Below, one piece after another: positions 20,751-30,479 of a DNA stretch of 64,000 bases. The notes below the pieces were generated by a model. That model worked only from the letters and a program-made list of their open reading frames with translations, did no database searches and was not told the origin of the DNA. This DNA is from Spirochaetia bacterium. GTDB lineage: Bacteria > Spirochaetota > Spirochaetia > SZUA-6 > Bin103. The stretch covers positions 640,001-704,000 of the forward strand of contig CBDAOI010000003.1 of the NCBI GenBank assembly GCA_965198005.1, written 5' to 3'. The first letter of the stretch is position 1. Each line of letters starts with the position of its first letter. Made by a program: the position numbers and the translations under genes.

Positions 20751-21686
20751 ATGAAGACCTGTTTTCTGTTTCCCGGGCAGGGGGCGCAGTACCCCGGCAT
20801 GGGCAAGGACCTGTGGGAGGCGAGCGCCGCCGTGAGGGAGCTGTTCCGCCTCGCATCGGACGTGACCGGGATCGATCCGGAGGCCCTCCTGTTCAGCGGC
20901 AGTGAGGCCGACCTGCAGGCGACCAACCGCACCCAGATCGCGGTTACGCTGGTGAATCTGGCGGCGGCCCGGGTGCTGGCGGAACGCGGCGCCGTCGCGC
21001 ACGGCTACGCGGGCTTCAGCGTCGGCGAATACGCGGCGCTGGCGGCCGCCGAGGTGATCTCCACCCGTGACCTGTTCGCGATCGTCCAGGCGCGCGGTGA
21101 GCTGATGGAGAGCGCCAGCCGCGACGCCGATACCGCCGGCGGCCGCGCCGGCATGGCGGCGGTGATCGGGCTGGCGCCGGATCGGGTGACCGCCGCGGTG
21201 GCCCGCGCCGGGGCCGGCGTGTACGCCGCCAACTACTCCAGTCCCAGGCAGGTGGTGCTGGCGGGCACGGCCGAGGGGCTGGCGCGCGCCGAGGAAGAGT
21301 GCACGGCGGCCGGTGCCCGGCGGTTCATCCGGCTGAAGGTCTCGGGGCCGTTTCACTCACCGTTGATCGACTCCGCCCGGCAGCGGTTCGCGCAGGTGGT
21401 CGAGGGATTCGAATTCCGCGATCCGGTGACGCCGGTGTACGCCAACGTGACCGGAAAGCGTGTCACGCGCGGCAGCGACGCCAAGCGCCTGTGTGTCGAC
21501 CAGATCGTCTCGAGCGTGCAGTGGGTGACGGAGATCGACACGTTGCTCGGCGACGGCTACCTCAGGTTCGTCGAGAGCGGCCCCGGCACCGTGTTGACCG
21601 GGCTCATGCGGGCGTTCGATACTGATGCGCGATGCGTTCCCGGGGGAACCCTGAAGGATGTGGAAGCGGTGGCAGCCGCGGATTGA
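20751..21686 (+). CDS. fabD: Malonyl-CoA:ACP transacylase
   Basis: FLFPGQGAQYPGMG, GFSVGEY, ANYSSP.Q.V, VSGPFHS. Confidence 0.95.
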   Translation: MKTCFLFPGQGAQYPGMGKDLWEASAAVRELFRLASDVTGIDPEALLFSGSEADLQATNRTQIAVTLVNLAAARVLAERGAVAHGYAGFSVGEYAALAAAEVISTRDLFAIVQARGELMESASRDADTAGGRAGMAAVIGLAPDRVTAAVARAGAGVYAANYSSPRQVVLAGTAEGLARAEEECTAAGARRFIRLKVSGPFHSPLIDSARQRFAQVVEGFEFRDPVTPVYANVTGKRVTRGSDAKRLCVDQIVSSVQWVTEIDTLLGDGYLRFVESGPGTVLTGLMRAFDTDARCVPGGTLKDVEAVAAAD

Positions 21687-21694
21687 GGCGGGTG

Positions 21695-22438
21695 GTGGAG
21701 CTGGAAGGAAAGATCGCACTGGTAACCGGTGGCTCGCGCGGCATCGGCGTCGCGACGGTCACCGCATTGCTGCGCGCGGGGGCCGAGGTGCACTATCTGT
21801 CGCGCTCCCGGGCCGCCGCCCACGACCAGTTGGCGCGGCAGGCGGCGGACGCCGGCGGCGCGGTGACCTGGCATCGGACCGACGTAACCGACGAGGCGGC
21901 CACCGTGGCCGCGGTCGACGAGGTGGCCGGCATGCACGGCCGCATCGACATCCTGGTGAACAACGCGGGCATCACCCGTGACGGGTTGCTGATGCGCATG
22001 GCGCGCGCGGATTGGGACGCGGTGCTGCTGGCCAATCTCACGAGCGTGTTCGTGATCTCGCGCCAAGTGGCGCGCGCCATGATCCGCGCCCGGTCGGGGG
22101 TGATCGTCAACGTCTCGTCGATCAGCGGCGTGCGCGGCAACGCGGGACAGACCAACTATGCCGCGTCCAAGGCCGGCATCATCGGATTCTCCAAGAGTCT
22201 GGCGCGGGAGGTGGCGGCGCGGGGCGTGCGCGTCAACGTGGTGGCCCCGGGGTTCATCGATACCGACATGACCGGGGCCATTCCGGAGCAGATGCGCCAG
22301 GCGATGATCGACATGATCCCGCTCAAACGCACCGGCAGCGCGGCCGAGGTGGCGGAGTTGATCTGCTTTCTGGCCAGCGAGCGGGCGTCGTACGTCACCG
22401 GGCAGGTGATTCAGGTCGACGGTGGCCTGGCGATTTAG
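21695..22438 (+). CDS. fabG: 3-oxoacyl-ACP reductase
   Basis: TGGSRGIG, NNAGITRD, GQTNYAASKAG, APGFIDTDMT; lies between fabD and fabF. Confidence 0.95.
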   Translation: MELEGKIALVTGGSRGIGVATVTALLRAGAEVHYLSRSRAAAHDQLARQAADAGGAVTWHRTDVTDEAATVAAVDEVAGMHGRIDILVNNAGITRDGLLMRMARADWDAVLLANLTSVFVISRQVARAMIRARSGVIVNVSSISGVRGNAGQTNYAASKAGIIGFSKSLAREVAARGVRVNVVAPGFIDTDMTGAIPEQMRQAMIDMIPLKRTGSAAEVAELICFLASERASYVTGQVIQVDGGLAI

Positions 22439-22456
22439 GAGTCTGTGGAGGAGCGC

Positions 22457-23701
22457 ATGAACAGGCGCGTAGTAGTTACCGGTCTGGGGACGGCGAACCC
22501 GCTCGCGAACGACGCCGGCACGTTCTGGCAACGGGTCCGGGCGGGTGCATCGGGGATCGGTCCCGTGACCCGATTCGACGCCGCCGACTTCTCCAGCCGG
22601 ATTGCGGGCGAAGTCAAGGATCTGGACCTGACCGGCGTGCTGGAGGCGCGGGAGGCGCGGCGGATGGACGCCTTCGCGCGGTTTGCGGTGTTTGCCGGCC
22701 TGCAGGCGCTGGCCGACGCCGGGCTGCAGCCGGACAGCCTGGACCCGGAACGGCTCGGGGTTCTGTTGGGGGTCGGGTTCGGCGGGCTGGACACGCTCGA
22801 GGCGGAGTTCAGGCATCTGTTCGCGCGCGGCCCCAAGGGGGTGCATCCGCTGCTGGTGCCCAAGATGATCAGCAACATCGCCGCGGGTCACATTGCGATC
22901 CGGATCAATGCCCGCGGTCCCTCCTACACCGTGGTCTCCGCCTGCGCATCGGCCAACGACGCGATCGGGGAGTCGTATCGGTGGATCAAGGACGGCGCCT
23001 CCGACGTGATCCTGAGCGGCGGCACCGAGGCTCCGGTGTCACCGCTGGCGCTGGCCGGATTCTGCGTGCTGCAGGCGGTCACCAGCACCCACAACGACGA
23101 TCCGCAACGCGCCAGCCGGCCGTTCGACCGCGGGCGCGACGGCTTCGTGCTCAGCGAGGGGGCCGGGGTCCTGGTGCTGGAGGAGCTGGAGCACGCCCGC
23201 AGCCGCGGCGCCACGATCTACGCCGAGGTGGTCGGATACGGCGCCACCTGCGACGCGAATCACCTGACCGCGCCCCATCCCGAAGGCCTGGGCGCGCGCG
23301 CGGCGATGCGCATGGCGTTGCAGATGGGCGACCTGCGGCCGGACCAGGTGGACTACGTCAATGCCCACGGCACCTCGACGTCACTCAACGACGCCACCGA
23401 GACCACCGCCATCAAGCACGTGTTCGCCGACCACGCGGCCAATCTCAAGGTGTCTTCCACCAAGTCGATGGTCGGGCACCTGCTCGGTGCCGCCGGCGCG
23501 GTGGAGGCGATCGTGACCGTCATGGCGCTGCACGACCAGTTCTTTCCCCCCACCATCAACTACGAGGAGTCCGATCCGGCCTGTGACCTGGACTACGTCC
23601 CGAACGCCGGCTACGCGGGCAGGATCGACGTCGCCATCTCCAACTCGTTCGGTTTCGGGGGGCACAACGCGGTGCTGGCGTTCCGGCGCTATACCGAATA
23701 G
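22457..23701 (+). CDS. fabF: Beta-ketoacyl-ACP synthase II
   Basis: RRVVVTGLG, SACAS, NAHGTST, KSMVGHLLGAAG, SNSFGFGGHN. Confidence 0.96.
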   Translation: MNRRVVVTGLGTANPLANDAGTFWQRVRAGASGIGPVTRFDAADFSSRIAGEVKDLDLTGVLEAREARRMDAFARFAVFAGLQALADAGLQPDSLDPERLGVLLGVGFGGLDTLEAEFRHLFARGPKGVHPLLVPKMISNIAAGHIAIRINARGPSYTVVSACASANDAIGESYRWIKDGASDVILSGGTEAPVSPLALAGFCVLQAVTSTHNDDPQRASRPFDRGRDGFVLSEGAGVLVLEELEHARSRGATIYAEVVGYGATCDANHLTAPHPEGLGARAAMRMALQMGDLRPDQVDYVNAHGTSTSLNDATETTAIKHVFADHAANLKVSSTKSMVGHLLGAAGAVEAIVTVMALHDQFFPPTINYEESDPACDLDYVPNAGYAGRIDVAISNSFGFGGHNAVLAFRRYTE

Positions 23702-23721
23702 CGCCCTCCGACCGTGGTCGT

Positions 23722-23805
23722 TGCCGGCGCTCGGACTCGAACCGAGACGGTGTTGCCACCACCAGATTTTGAGTCTGGCATGTCTACCAATTTCATCACG
23801 CCGGC
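23722..23805 (-). tRNA. tRNA-Leu (anticodon CAA), CCA not encoded
   Basis: Minus strand GCCGGCGTGATGAAATTGGTAGACATGCCAGACTCAAAATCTGG...GGTTCGAGTCCGAGCGCCGGCA: acceptor stem, long variable arm, TTCGA T-loop. Confidence 0.95.
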
Positions 23806-23877
23806 GAACGGAGCGCAGCGAGCCCCACCTTAGGAGGTGGCGCCTGCGCTGTCAACGCGGCCGCTCGGCTGCCCGGT

Positions 23878-24570
23878 TCACCCGGGGCCGACGATGGTGC
23901 CGGTGTACGGGGAATGCTCGACGATGCGGCGCAGGTTGGCCGGATCGCTGCCGGCGACGATCAGGGTCAGCGACCGGTCGGCCGCGCGCCGGGTGGCGAC
24001 GGGGTCGAACGGTGCGTGGTGGCCGGGGTGCCAGCGATCACCCGTGAGCCGTCGCAACTCACTCCAGGAGAGGCGGTCGAACGGGCGCGCGGCGGGGTCG
24101 GTGCGCGGGTCGGCGCTGTAGATCCGGGCGACGTTGGACAGCTTGACGAGGTGCGTGGCGCCCAGGCGCTCGGCCAGGATCACCGCGTCGAAGTCGTGCG
24201 AGAAACCGGGTTTCCAGCCGGCGGCGACCAGCACCGGCGCCCGCAGCCCGGTTACCACGGTGGGGTCGGTAACCACCGGGTCCGGCGCCAGCGGTCCGAA
24301 CAGATGCTTGATCAGCTCGGCGTTGAGCCGGGTGGCGGCGATGCCGACCCAGTCGATCCGGTCGGGCTCGGCATCCCCGGCCAACGCCCGCAGCGCGGCC
24401 TGGTACTGGCGGGCGGGCGCGCCGCCGCCGCACACCACCACGAACCGGCGCCCCGCGTCCGCCGCCGCCAGCGCCCGTACTTCGGCGCAGAACTCCGCCA
24501 CGAACGCGGTGTCCACCTGATCGGGCGCGATCAACGACCCCCCCAGCGAGACTATCCAGATCCCGTTCAC
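23878..24570 (-). CDS. pyrH: UMP kinase (archaeal/spirochaete type)
   Basis: VSLGGSLIAP, VCGGG..AR.YQ, D.VGIAATRLNA, GWKPGFS.D.DAV, NV..IYSADP. Confidence 0.88.
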   Translation of the reverse strand: MNGIWIVSLGGSLIAPDQVDTAFVAEFCAEVRALAAADAGRRFVVVCGGGAPARQYQAALRALAGDAEPDRIDWVGIAATRLNAELIKHLFGPLAPDPVVTDPTVVTGLRAPVLVAAGWKPGFSHDFDAVILAERLGATHLVKLSNVARIYSADPRTDPAARPFDRLSWSELRRLTGDRWHPGHHAPFDPVATRRAADRSLTLIVAGSDPANLRRIVEHSPYTGTIVGPG

Positions 24571-24658
24571 GGCGCCACCTTAGCCGCGTGCCCGGCGCGG
24601 GACAACCGCTCTCGCACGCTTGAAGCTGTTCGCCGGGTTGGGCTATACCTGCCCGATC

Positions 24659-25654
24659 ATGCGCGGCGGTCCTGACAGCGCCACCTGCCAGCGCATCCTG
24701 GTGGCCGACGCCATCGAGGAGGCCGGGATGCGTGCACTGCGGTGCTTTCCCAACCTCGAGGTAGAAGAGCGCACCGCCTTGACCGCGGACCGGTTGGCCG
24801 AAGAAATCATCCCGTACGCGGGTTTGCTGGTGCGCTCCCGAACCCGGGTGCCGAGGTCGCTGATCGCCGCCGCTCCGCGCCTGCGGGTGATCGGCCGCGC
24901 GGGCACGGGCGTGGACAACATCGACGTGGCCGCGGCCAGCGAGCACGGGGTGCTGGTGCTGAGCGCGGCGGGAGCCAACGCGGAGGCCGCCGCCGAGCTC
25001 ACCATCGGCCTGATGTTCGCGGTGGCGCGCCGGATTGCGGCGGCGGCCGCCGCGCTCAAGGCGGGGCGCTGGGAGCGCGCCGAATTCCGCGGCACTCAAC
25101 TCCTCGGCAAGACCCTGGGAATCATCGGCATCGGCCACGTCGGCCGCGCCGTGGCCTGGCGCGCGCGCGGTCTGGGAATGAACACGATCGCCTACGATCC
25201 GTACGTTGCCGCCGACGCGCTGCCGGACCGCAGGATCGCTCTGGTGGCGCTCCCCGACCTCCTGGCGCAGGCGGACTACATATCCGTGCACACCCCGCTC
25301 ACCACGGCCTCGCAGGGGTTGATCGGCGCCGGCGAAATCGCCCGCATGAAGCGCGGCGTCTACCTGATCAACTGCGCCCGCGGGGGCGTGATCGACGAGC
25401 AGGCGCTGCTGGCCGGGCTCGACGGCGGCCGGGTGGCGGCGGCCGCGCTGGACGTGTTCTCGCGCGAGCCGCCGGGCGCGCTGGAGATCGTGCACCATCC
25501 GCGGGTTGTGGCCACGCCCCACGTCGGCGCGCTCTCCGCCGAGGCGCAGTACGGCGTGGCGATGACCATCGCCCGCCGCATGGGCCGGTATCTGACCGAG
25601 GGCGATACCGAGGGGGCGGTCAACCCGGAGGCGATCGAGGCGATCAGGACCTGA
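24659..25654 (+). CDS. D-3-phosphoglycerate dehydrogenase-like 2-hydroxyacid dehydrogenase (no ACT tail)
   Basis: IGRAGTGVDNID, GIIGIGHVG, INCARGG, TPHVGA. Start uncertain (24620-24659). Confidence 0.85.
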   Translation: MRGGPDSATCQRILVADAIEEAGMRALRCFPNLEVEERTALTADRLAEEIIPYAGLLVRSRTRVPRSLIAAAPRLRVIGRAGTGVDNIDVAAASEHGVLVLSAAGANAEAAAELTIGLMFAVARRIAAAAAALKAGRWERAEFRGTQLLGKTLGIIGIGHVGRAVAWRARGLGMNTIAYDPYVAADALPDRRIALVALPDLLAQADYISVHTPLTTASQGLIGAGEIARMKRGVYLINCARGGVIDEQALLAGLDGGRVAAAALDVFSREPPGALEIVHHPRVVATPHVGALSAEAQYGVAMTIARRMGRYLTEGDTEGAVNPEAIEAIRT

Positions 25655-25761
25655 TCGTTGCCCGCATTGCCTTCCGTGCGGTGCGGCAGCTGCGGCACCG
25701 CGGGTCTTGTACCGCGGCAGCATGCTTCCTATATTTGACCGGACTGGGTTCTCCGCGGCAG

Positions 25762-26523
25762 ATGAGCGCTGACATCACCCATATTCTCGATGCATGGGAG
25801 TTCGATCCCGACGATCAGTACCGCCTGGTGCAGGCGCGCGACGGGCGTGAGGTGTTGCAGGTGCGCCAGCCGCTCGGGATCGAGCAGTACGAGTTGGACG
25901 GACGCCCCGACGGCGGCATGCCGTTCGGCAAGACGAGCGTGCTCGAGGAGATGTACGACCGTCTCTCCGCGCATCGCCGGCGGTACGGGAAGGACACCGG
26001 TTTCGAGCTCGACCGGGAGGACTTCGGCCTGCTGCGCAACGAGGGGATTCTGTTCTACTACCGTTACTTCGTGCTGTTCCAGATCGGCGACTACGAGCGC
26101 ACGTGGGCGGATACCAATCACAACCTCAAGATCTGCGAGCTGGTCGAGCGCTACGGCCGCGGCGATCTCGCGAAGGAAGAGATCCTCCAGTACCGCCCCT
26201 ACATGTTGCGCATGAATGCCACCGCACGCGCGATGGTGCTCCTGGAGGAGGGGTTGCATGCGCAGGCGTGCGCGATCCTGGAGCGCACCATCAAGGATGT
26301 CCAACGCCTGGAGGAAGTGGATACCCCGACCTTCCAGTTCGAGCGGGTGCGTTCGCTGCAGTACCTGCGCGCCGCGTTGCGGGAGATCAAGCTCAACAAG
26401 ACCCGCGCTCCGGTCGCCCAGTTGCGGCGGGCGCTGCGCGAAGCGGTCAACAACGAAGAGTATGAACGGGCGGCGCAGTTGCGGGATCGGATCCGTGACA
26501 TGACCCGGGCGGACGACGATTAG
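25762..26523 (+). CDS. Conserved protein with C-terminal UVR (UvrB/UvrC) motif
   Basis: Start at MSADITHILDAWEFDP within the longer track ORF; C-terminal LREAVNNEEYERAAQLRDRI. Confidence 0.8.
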   Translation: MSADITHILDAWEFDPDDQYRLVQARDGREVLQVRQPLGIEQYELDGRPDGGMPFGKTSVLEEMYDRLSAHRRRYGKDTGFELDREDFGLLRNEGILFYYRYFVLFQIGDYERTWADTNHNLKICELVERYGRGDLAKEEILQYRPYMLRMNATARAMVLLEEGLHAQACAILERTIKDVQRLEEVDTPTFQFERVRSLQYLRAALREIKLNKTRAPVAQLRRALREAVNNEEYERAAQLRDRIRDMTRADDD

Positions 26524-26533
26524 CCCGCGCAGG

Positions 26534-27211
26534 ATGGTGCCGGCGGCGCTCCTGGGGCTGGCGGCGCTGGCAGTGGCGCCGGCGCTGTCGGCCCAGGCGG
26601 TGGTTACGGCCGAGCGGTTCTTCGATCGCGTGTCCGAGACCTACGGCGGTATCGTCGACTACGAAGCCGACATCCGCATCACCCAGGGCGACACCGTGAT
26701 GGAGGGCGCACTCTCCTACAAGCGCCCGAATCTGCTCCGCATCGACTTTAGCCGGCCGGCGGGCCAGGTGCTGGTCAGCGACGGCCGGCTGCTCACGATC
26801 TACTACCCGGACCTGGAGGTGATTTTCGAGCAGACCCTCCGGCGCCCGGGCGACGACGGGGCGGCCGGGCTGGCGTCCCGGCAGGGCTTGCACTTCCTGA
26901 AGAGCAACTATGCCATCGCCTACGTGGTGGGGCCCGATCCGGTGCCGCTGGACGGCCCGGCGGGCGAGCCGGTGGTGAAGCTGATGCTGACCAGCCGTTC
27001 CGCCACCGAGGGATTCCGCCAGCTCGAGCTGGCGGTGGCGGCGGGCAACCTGATCCGCCGGATTTCGGGAATCACCGTCGGGTTCGAGGAACATCGGTTC
27101 GACTTCTTCAACGTCCGCACCAACCAGAACATCCCCGATACGCGCTTCGCGTACGACTCGCCGCCGTTCGCCAACGTCTACCGGGACTTCCTGTTCGAGT
27201 CGGACGAGTAG
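26534..27211 (+). CDS. lolA: Outer-membrane lipoprotein carrier LolA-like protein
   Basis: Signal peptide; YKRPNLLRIDFSRPAGQVLVSDG...NQNIPDTRF. Confidence 0.75.
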   Translation: MVPAALLGLAALAVAPALSAQAVVTAERFFDRVSETYGGIVDYEADIRITQGDTVMEGALSYKRPNLLRIDFSRPAGQVLVSDGRLLTIYYPDLEVIFEQTLRRPGDDGAAGLASRQGLHFLKSNYAIAYVVGPDPVPLDGPAGEPVVKLMLTSRSATEGFRQLELAVAAGNLIRRISGITVGFEEHRFDFFNVRTNQNIPDTRFAYDSPPFANVYRDFLFESDE

Positions 27212-27213
27212 CG

Positions 27214-29499
27214 ATGCCTCCGGCCAGCGACGCGCCCGCCCGCGGCCCGCGGCCCGGACTGGATCTCAGCGACCTCAACGACCGCCAGCGGCAGGCGGTG
27301 CTGCACGCGGGCTCACCGCTGCTGATTCTTGCCGGCGCCGGCTCCGGCAAGACGCGGGTGATCGCCACCAAGGTCGCGCACCTGATCGCGACCGGCGCGG
27401 TGGCACCGCACGACGTCCTGGCGGTGACCTTCACCAACAAGGCGGCGGCGGAAATGCGTTCCCGGATCCGCGGCCTGGTGGCGGCGAGCGGCCGCGGCGC
27501 CGCCGGGGCGCGCGTGATGGTCCGCACCTTCCATGCCTTCGGCGCCTGGCTGCTGCGCGTGCACGGCGCGCGCCTGGGGTTCGAGCCGCAGCGCCTCTCG
27601 ATCTACGACGACGGCGACGTGCGCCAGGTGCTGCGCGGACTGCTGGGTCGGGGCTACGCCGCCAGCGACCTGCGGGCGGTGGCGGCCTGGATCTCCACCG
27701 CCAAGGATCGCGCAGTGACCGCGGACGGCGACTATTCCCGCCTGCGCCGCGGGCCGTTTCAGATGCAGGACATCTACCCCCGCTACCAGGCCCGCCTGGC
27801 GACCATGAACGCGGCGGACTTCGGCGATCTGATTCTGCTCCCGGTCACGCTGCTGCGCGCCGACCGGGCGCTGTGCGAGGAGCTGCGGCAACGGTTCCGG
27901 GTGGTGCTGGTGGACGAGTTCCAGGACGCCAACCGGGCGCAGTTCGAGCTGCTGCGCCTGCTGCACGGGCCGCACACCTACCTGTGCGTGGTCGGGGACG
28001 ACGACCAGTCGATCTACCGGTTTCGCGGCGCCGACCTCGACGGGTTTCTGTCGTTTCCCAAACGGTTCGCCGGCACCGAGGTGATCCGGCTGGAGCAGAA
28101 CTACCGGTCGACCGGAGCGATCCTGGAACTGGCGTCGGCGGTGGTGCGTCACAACCGAAGACGCATGGGGAAGACCCTGTGGACCGAACAGGAGCAGGGT
28201 GCGCTGCCGGTGGTCACGGTGGTGGCGGACCAGGAGCAGGAGGCGCGCTACTGCGCGGATGCGGTGCGCCGGCTGCCCGGCGGCCCGGTCGCGATCCTGT
28301 ACCGCATGAACTTCCAGTCGCGCACGTTCGAGACCCTGTTCCAGAGCCTGCGCATTCCCTACCGGGTGGTGGGGACCGTGCGGTTCTACGAGCGCGCGGA
28401 GGTCAAGGACGCGCTCGCCTACCTGACCCTGTTGCTCAACCCGCGCGACCAGGTGGCGTTCCGGCGGGCCGTCACCCGGCCGCGGCGCGGGGTGGGGGAG
28501 AAAACCGTGGAGCGGGTGCTGGACCACGCGGCTGCGGCGGCGGCCGGTCCCGAGGCCGGGCCCGGCGGGGAGCCGGTTGCCGTCGAGGCCGCCGGCGACG
28601 GCGTGGGAGCCGGCGGAGGCGGGCGTAATCTGCTGACCGCGGCTGCCCAGGTGGCCGCCGCCGGCGGCAGGCGCCGCGGCGCGGGACTGGCGCGCTTCGT
28701 CGAGTTGATGGATGGTCTGGCGCAGGCGCAGGCGGGCAGCACGGTGGCGGAGTTGGTGCGGGCCACGCTCGACCGCTCCGGGCTCTACCAGCAGGTGCTG
28801 GCCGAGGACCAGGAGGAGCGCACCGGCCGCGTGTTCAACCTCGAAGAGCTGGTGACCGCCGCCGGTCCCTACGGCGCCGGCAGCGCGGGGCTGGCGTCGC
28901 TCCTGGAGGACGCGCGCCTGGCCGGTACCGAGGGCTCCGGCGCGGACACCGGCACCGGCACCGGGCAATCCGCGGCCGCCGGTGCGCCCGTCGCCGAACC
29001 GGTGACGCTGATTACCGCGCACAACACCAAGGGCCTGGAGTTCGATCACGTGATCGTCACGGGGCTGGAGGAGGGCATCTTCCCCGCGGCCGAACCGGGC
29101 GCGCCGTACGCCGCCCTGCCGCCCGCCGAGGAGGAGGAGGAACGCCGCCTGTTCTACGTGGCGGTGACCCGGGCGCGGTTTACGCTGCAGCTCACCGCCT
29201 GTCGCCGGCGCGCGGCGTTCGGTTTTTTCCGGGAACGGGAGCCGAGCCGCTTCCTGGACGAGATTCCGCCGGAGTGTGTCCGGTCCGCTGCCGCCGGCAC
29301 GCCGCCGGCAGCGCCGGATGAGCCGTGCGCGCTGCCGGTCGGGCAGGCGGTGTCGCATCTCGATTACGGCGTGGGCGTGATCAGCCGCCGCTACCGGCGC
29401 GCGGGACAACAGGTGGTGGACGTTCAGTTCCAGTCGGGGCGCGGCGGCACCTTCATCGAGCGCTACGCGGACCTCGACCGGATCAGCAACGATGAGTGA
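27214..29499 (+). CDS. UvrD/PcrA/Rep superfamily 1 DNA helicase
   Basis: AGAGSGKT, VTFTNKAA, VDEFQD, VGDDDQSIY.FRGA, EEERRLFYVAVTRA. Confidence 0.95.
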   Translation: MPPASDAPARGPRPGLDLSDLNDRQRQAVLHAGSPLLILAGAGSGKTRVIATKVAHLIATGAVAPHDVLAVTFTNKAAAEMRSRIRGLVAASGRGAAGARVMVRTFHAFGAWLLRVHGARLGFEPQRLSIYDDGDVRQVLRGLLGRGYAASDLRAVAAWISTAKDRAVTADGDYSRLRRGPFQMQDIYPRYQARLATMNAADFGDLILLPVTLLRADRALCEELRQRFRVVLVDEFQDANRAQFELLRLLHGPHTYLCVVGDDDQSIYRFRGADLDGFLSFPKRFAGTEVIRLEQNYRSTGAILELASAVVRHNRRRMGKTLWTEQEQGALPVVTVVADQEQEARYCADAVRRLPGGPVAILYRMNFQSRTFETLFQSLRIPYRVVGTVRFYERAEVKDALAYLTLLLNPRDQVAFRRAVTRPRRGVGEKTVERVLDHAAAAAAGPEAGPGGEPVAVEAAGDGVGAGGGGRNLLTAAAQVAAAGGRRRGAGLARFVELMDGLAQAQAGSTVAELVRATLDRSGLYQQVLAEDQEERTGRVFNLEELVTAAGPYGAGSAGLASLLEDARLAGTEGSGADTGTGTGQSAAAGAPVAEPVTLITAHNTKGLEFDHVIVTGLEEGIFPAAEPGAPYAALPPAEEEEERRLFYVAVTRARFTLQLTACRRRAAFGFFREREPSRFLDEIPPECVRSAAAGTPPAAPDEPCALPVGQAVSHLDYGVGVISRRYRRAGQQVVDVQFQSGRGGTFIERYADLDRISNDE

Positions 29500-30400
29500 A
29501 CCAACGCCCGGCGAACCAACGCCCGGCGAACCAGCGCCCGGTGAACCGCCGGCGAGCGGGTTGCCCCTGCCGCGCATCCGCCGCGCGCGCGGCTATCGCC
29601 TCTACACCACGGACGGCCGCCGCCTGCTCGACCTGTACCTGGACGGCGGCGGCGCGCTGCTCGGCCACCGTCCCGACCTGCTCGGGCGTCATCTCAAGGC
29701 GGTGCTCGGGCGCGGGCTGACCGCGGCGCTGCCGAGCCGGTACGGGGCGCACCTGCTGCGGGCGTTGCGCCAGGCGCTGCCCGGCCAGCGCTGGTTCGGG
29801 GTGGCCGTCACGCGCGCGGAGGCACTGCGCCTGCTGTGCGCCCGGCTCGGCCTCGCAACCGTGCCGCGGGTGGCGGACCCGCTGCTCGACCCGGACTGGC
29901 GGCGCGCGCCGGTGGCCTGGTGGCGGCCGCTCAGTGCCGAGCAGCCGCCGGCCGCCGCCTGGCCGGAGCCGGGCCCGGCCGCTCTGGTGCACCGGCTGCC
30001 GTTCGCGCTCGGCGCCGGGCCGGTAACCGTGAGCACCGGCGCCGGCGGCGATCCGGGTGCGGCCGGCGCCGCACCGCACCTGGCGGGCGCCGATACCGTC
30101 TCGCCGCTGCTGCTGGCCGGCGCCGCGGTGGCGCTGCAGCGCCTGCAGCGGTCCCCCGAGGCGCGACCTCCCGGACCCGCGGCCGGCTGGCCGGCGCCCG
30201 CCCCCGGTTGGCGGCGCAACGGGGTGTACGTGGTCGCGGAGTTTCCGGAACGGCACTACCCGGCGGTGCATGCCGCTTTTCTGGCCGCCGGCGTCCTGCT
30301 CAACCCGCACTATCCGGGACCGAGCATCCTGCCCGGCAGCGCGAGCCCCGGCGAACGGGCGCTGCTGCGCCGCCTGTTCCGTACCCGCCCGGGCGCCTGA
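29492..30400 (+). CDS. Hypothetical protein, degenerate class III aminotransferase-like fold
   Basis: RRARGYRLYTTDGRRLLDLYLDGGGALLGH resembles the class III aminotransferase N-terminus. No recognisable PLP-lysine motif. Start overlaps the helicase stop. Confidence 0.6.
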   Translation: MSEPTPGEPTPGEPAPGEPPASGLPLPRIRRARGYRLYTTDGRRLLDLYLDGGGALLGHRPDLLGRHLKAVLGRGLTAALPSRYGAHLLRALRQALPGQRWFGVAVTRAEALRLLCARLGLATVPRVADPLLDPDWRRAPVAWWRPLSAEQPPAAAWPEPGPAALVHRLPFALGAGPVTVSTGAGGDPGAAGAAPHLAGADTVSPLLLAGAAVALQRLQRSPEARPPGPAAGWPAPAPGWRRNGVYVVAEFPERHYPAVHAAFLAAGVLLNPHYPGPSILPGSASPGERALLRRLFRTRPGA

Positions 30401-30479
30401 GCCAGGGCCGCACCCTACGACCGTCGTGTAGTCGGCCCGTCGCGGCTCGTTGATAATGGATGTACGATGGAAGTTCCGT

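Noticed and set aside
23722-23805. tRNA as integration site of the accessory regions
   Set aside because: It is flanked by core genes, and I saw no duplicate of its 3' end in the window.
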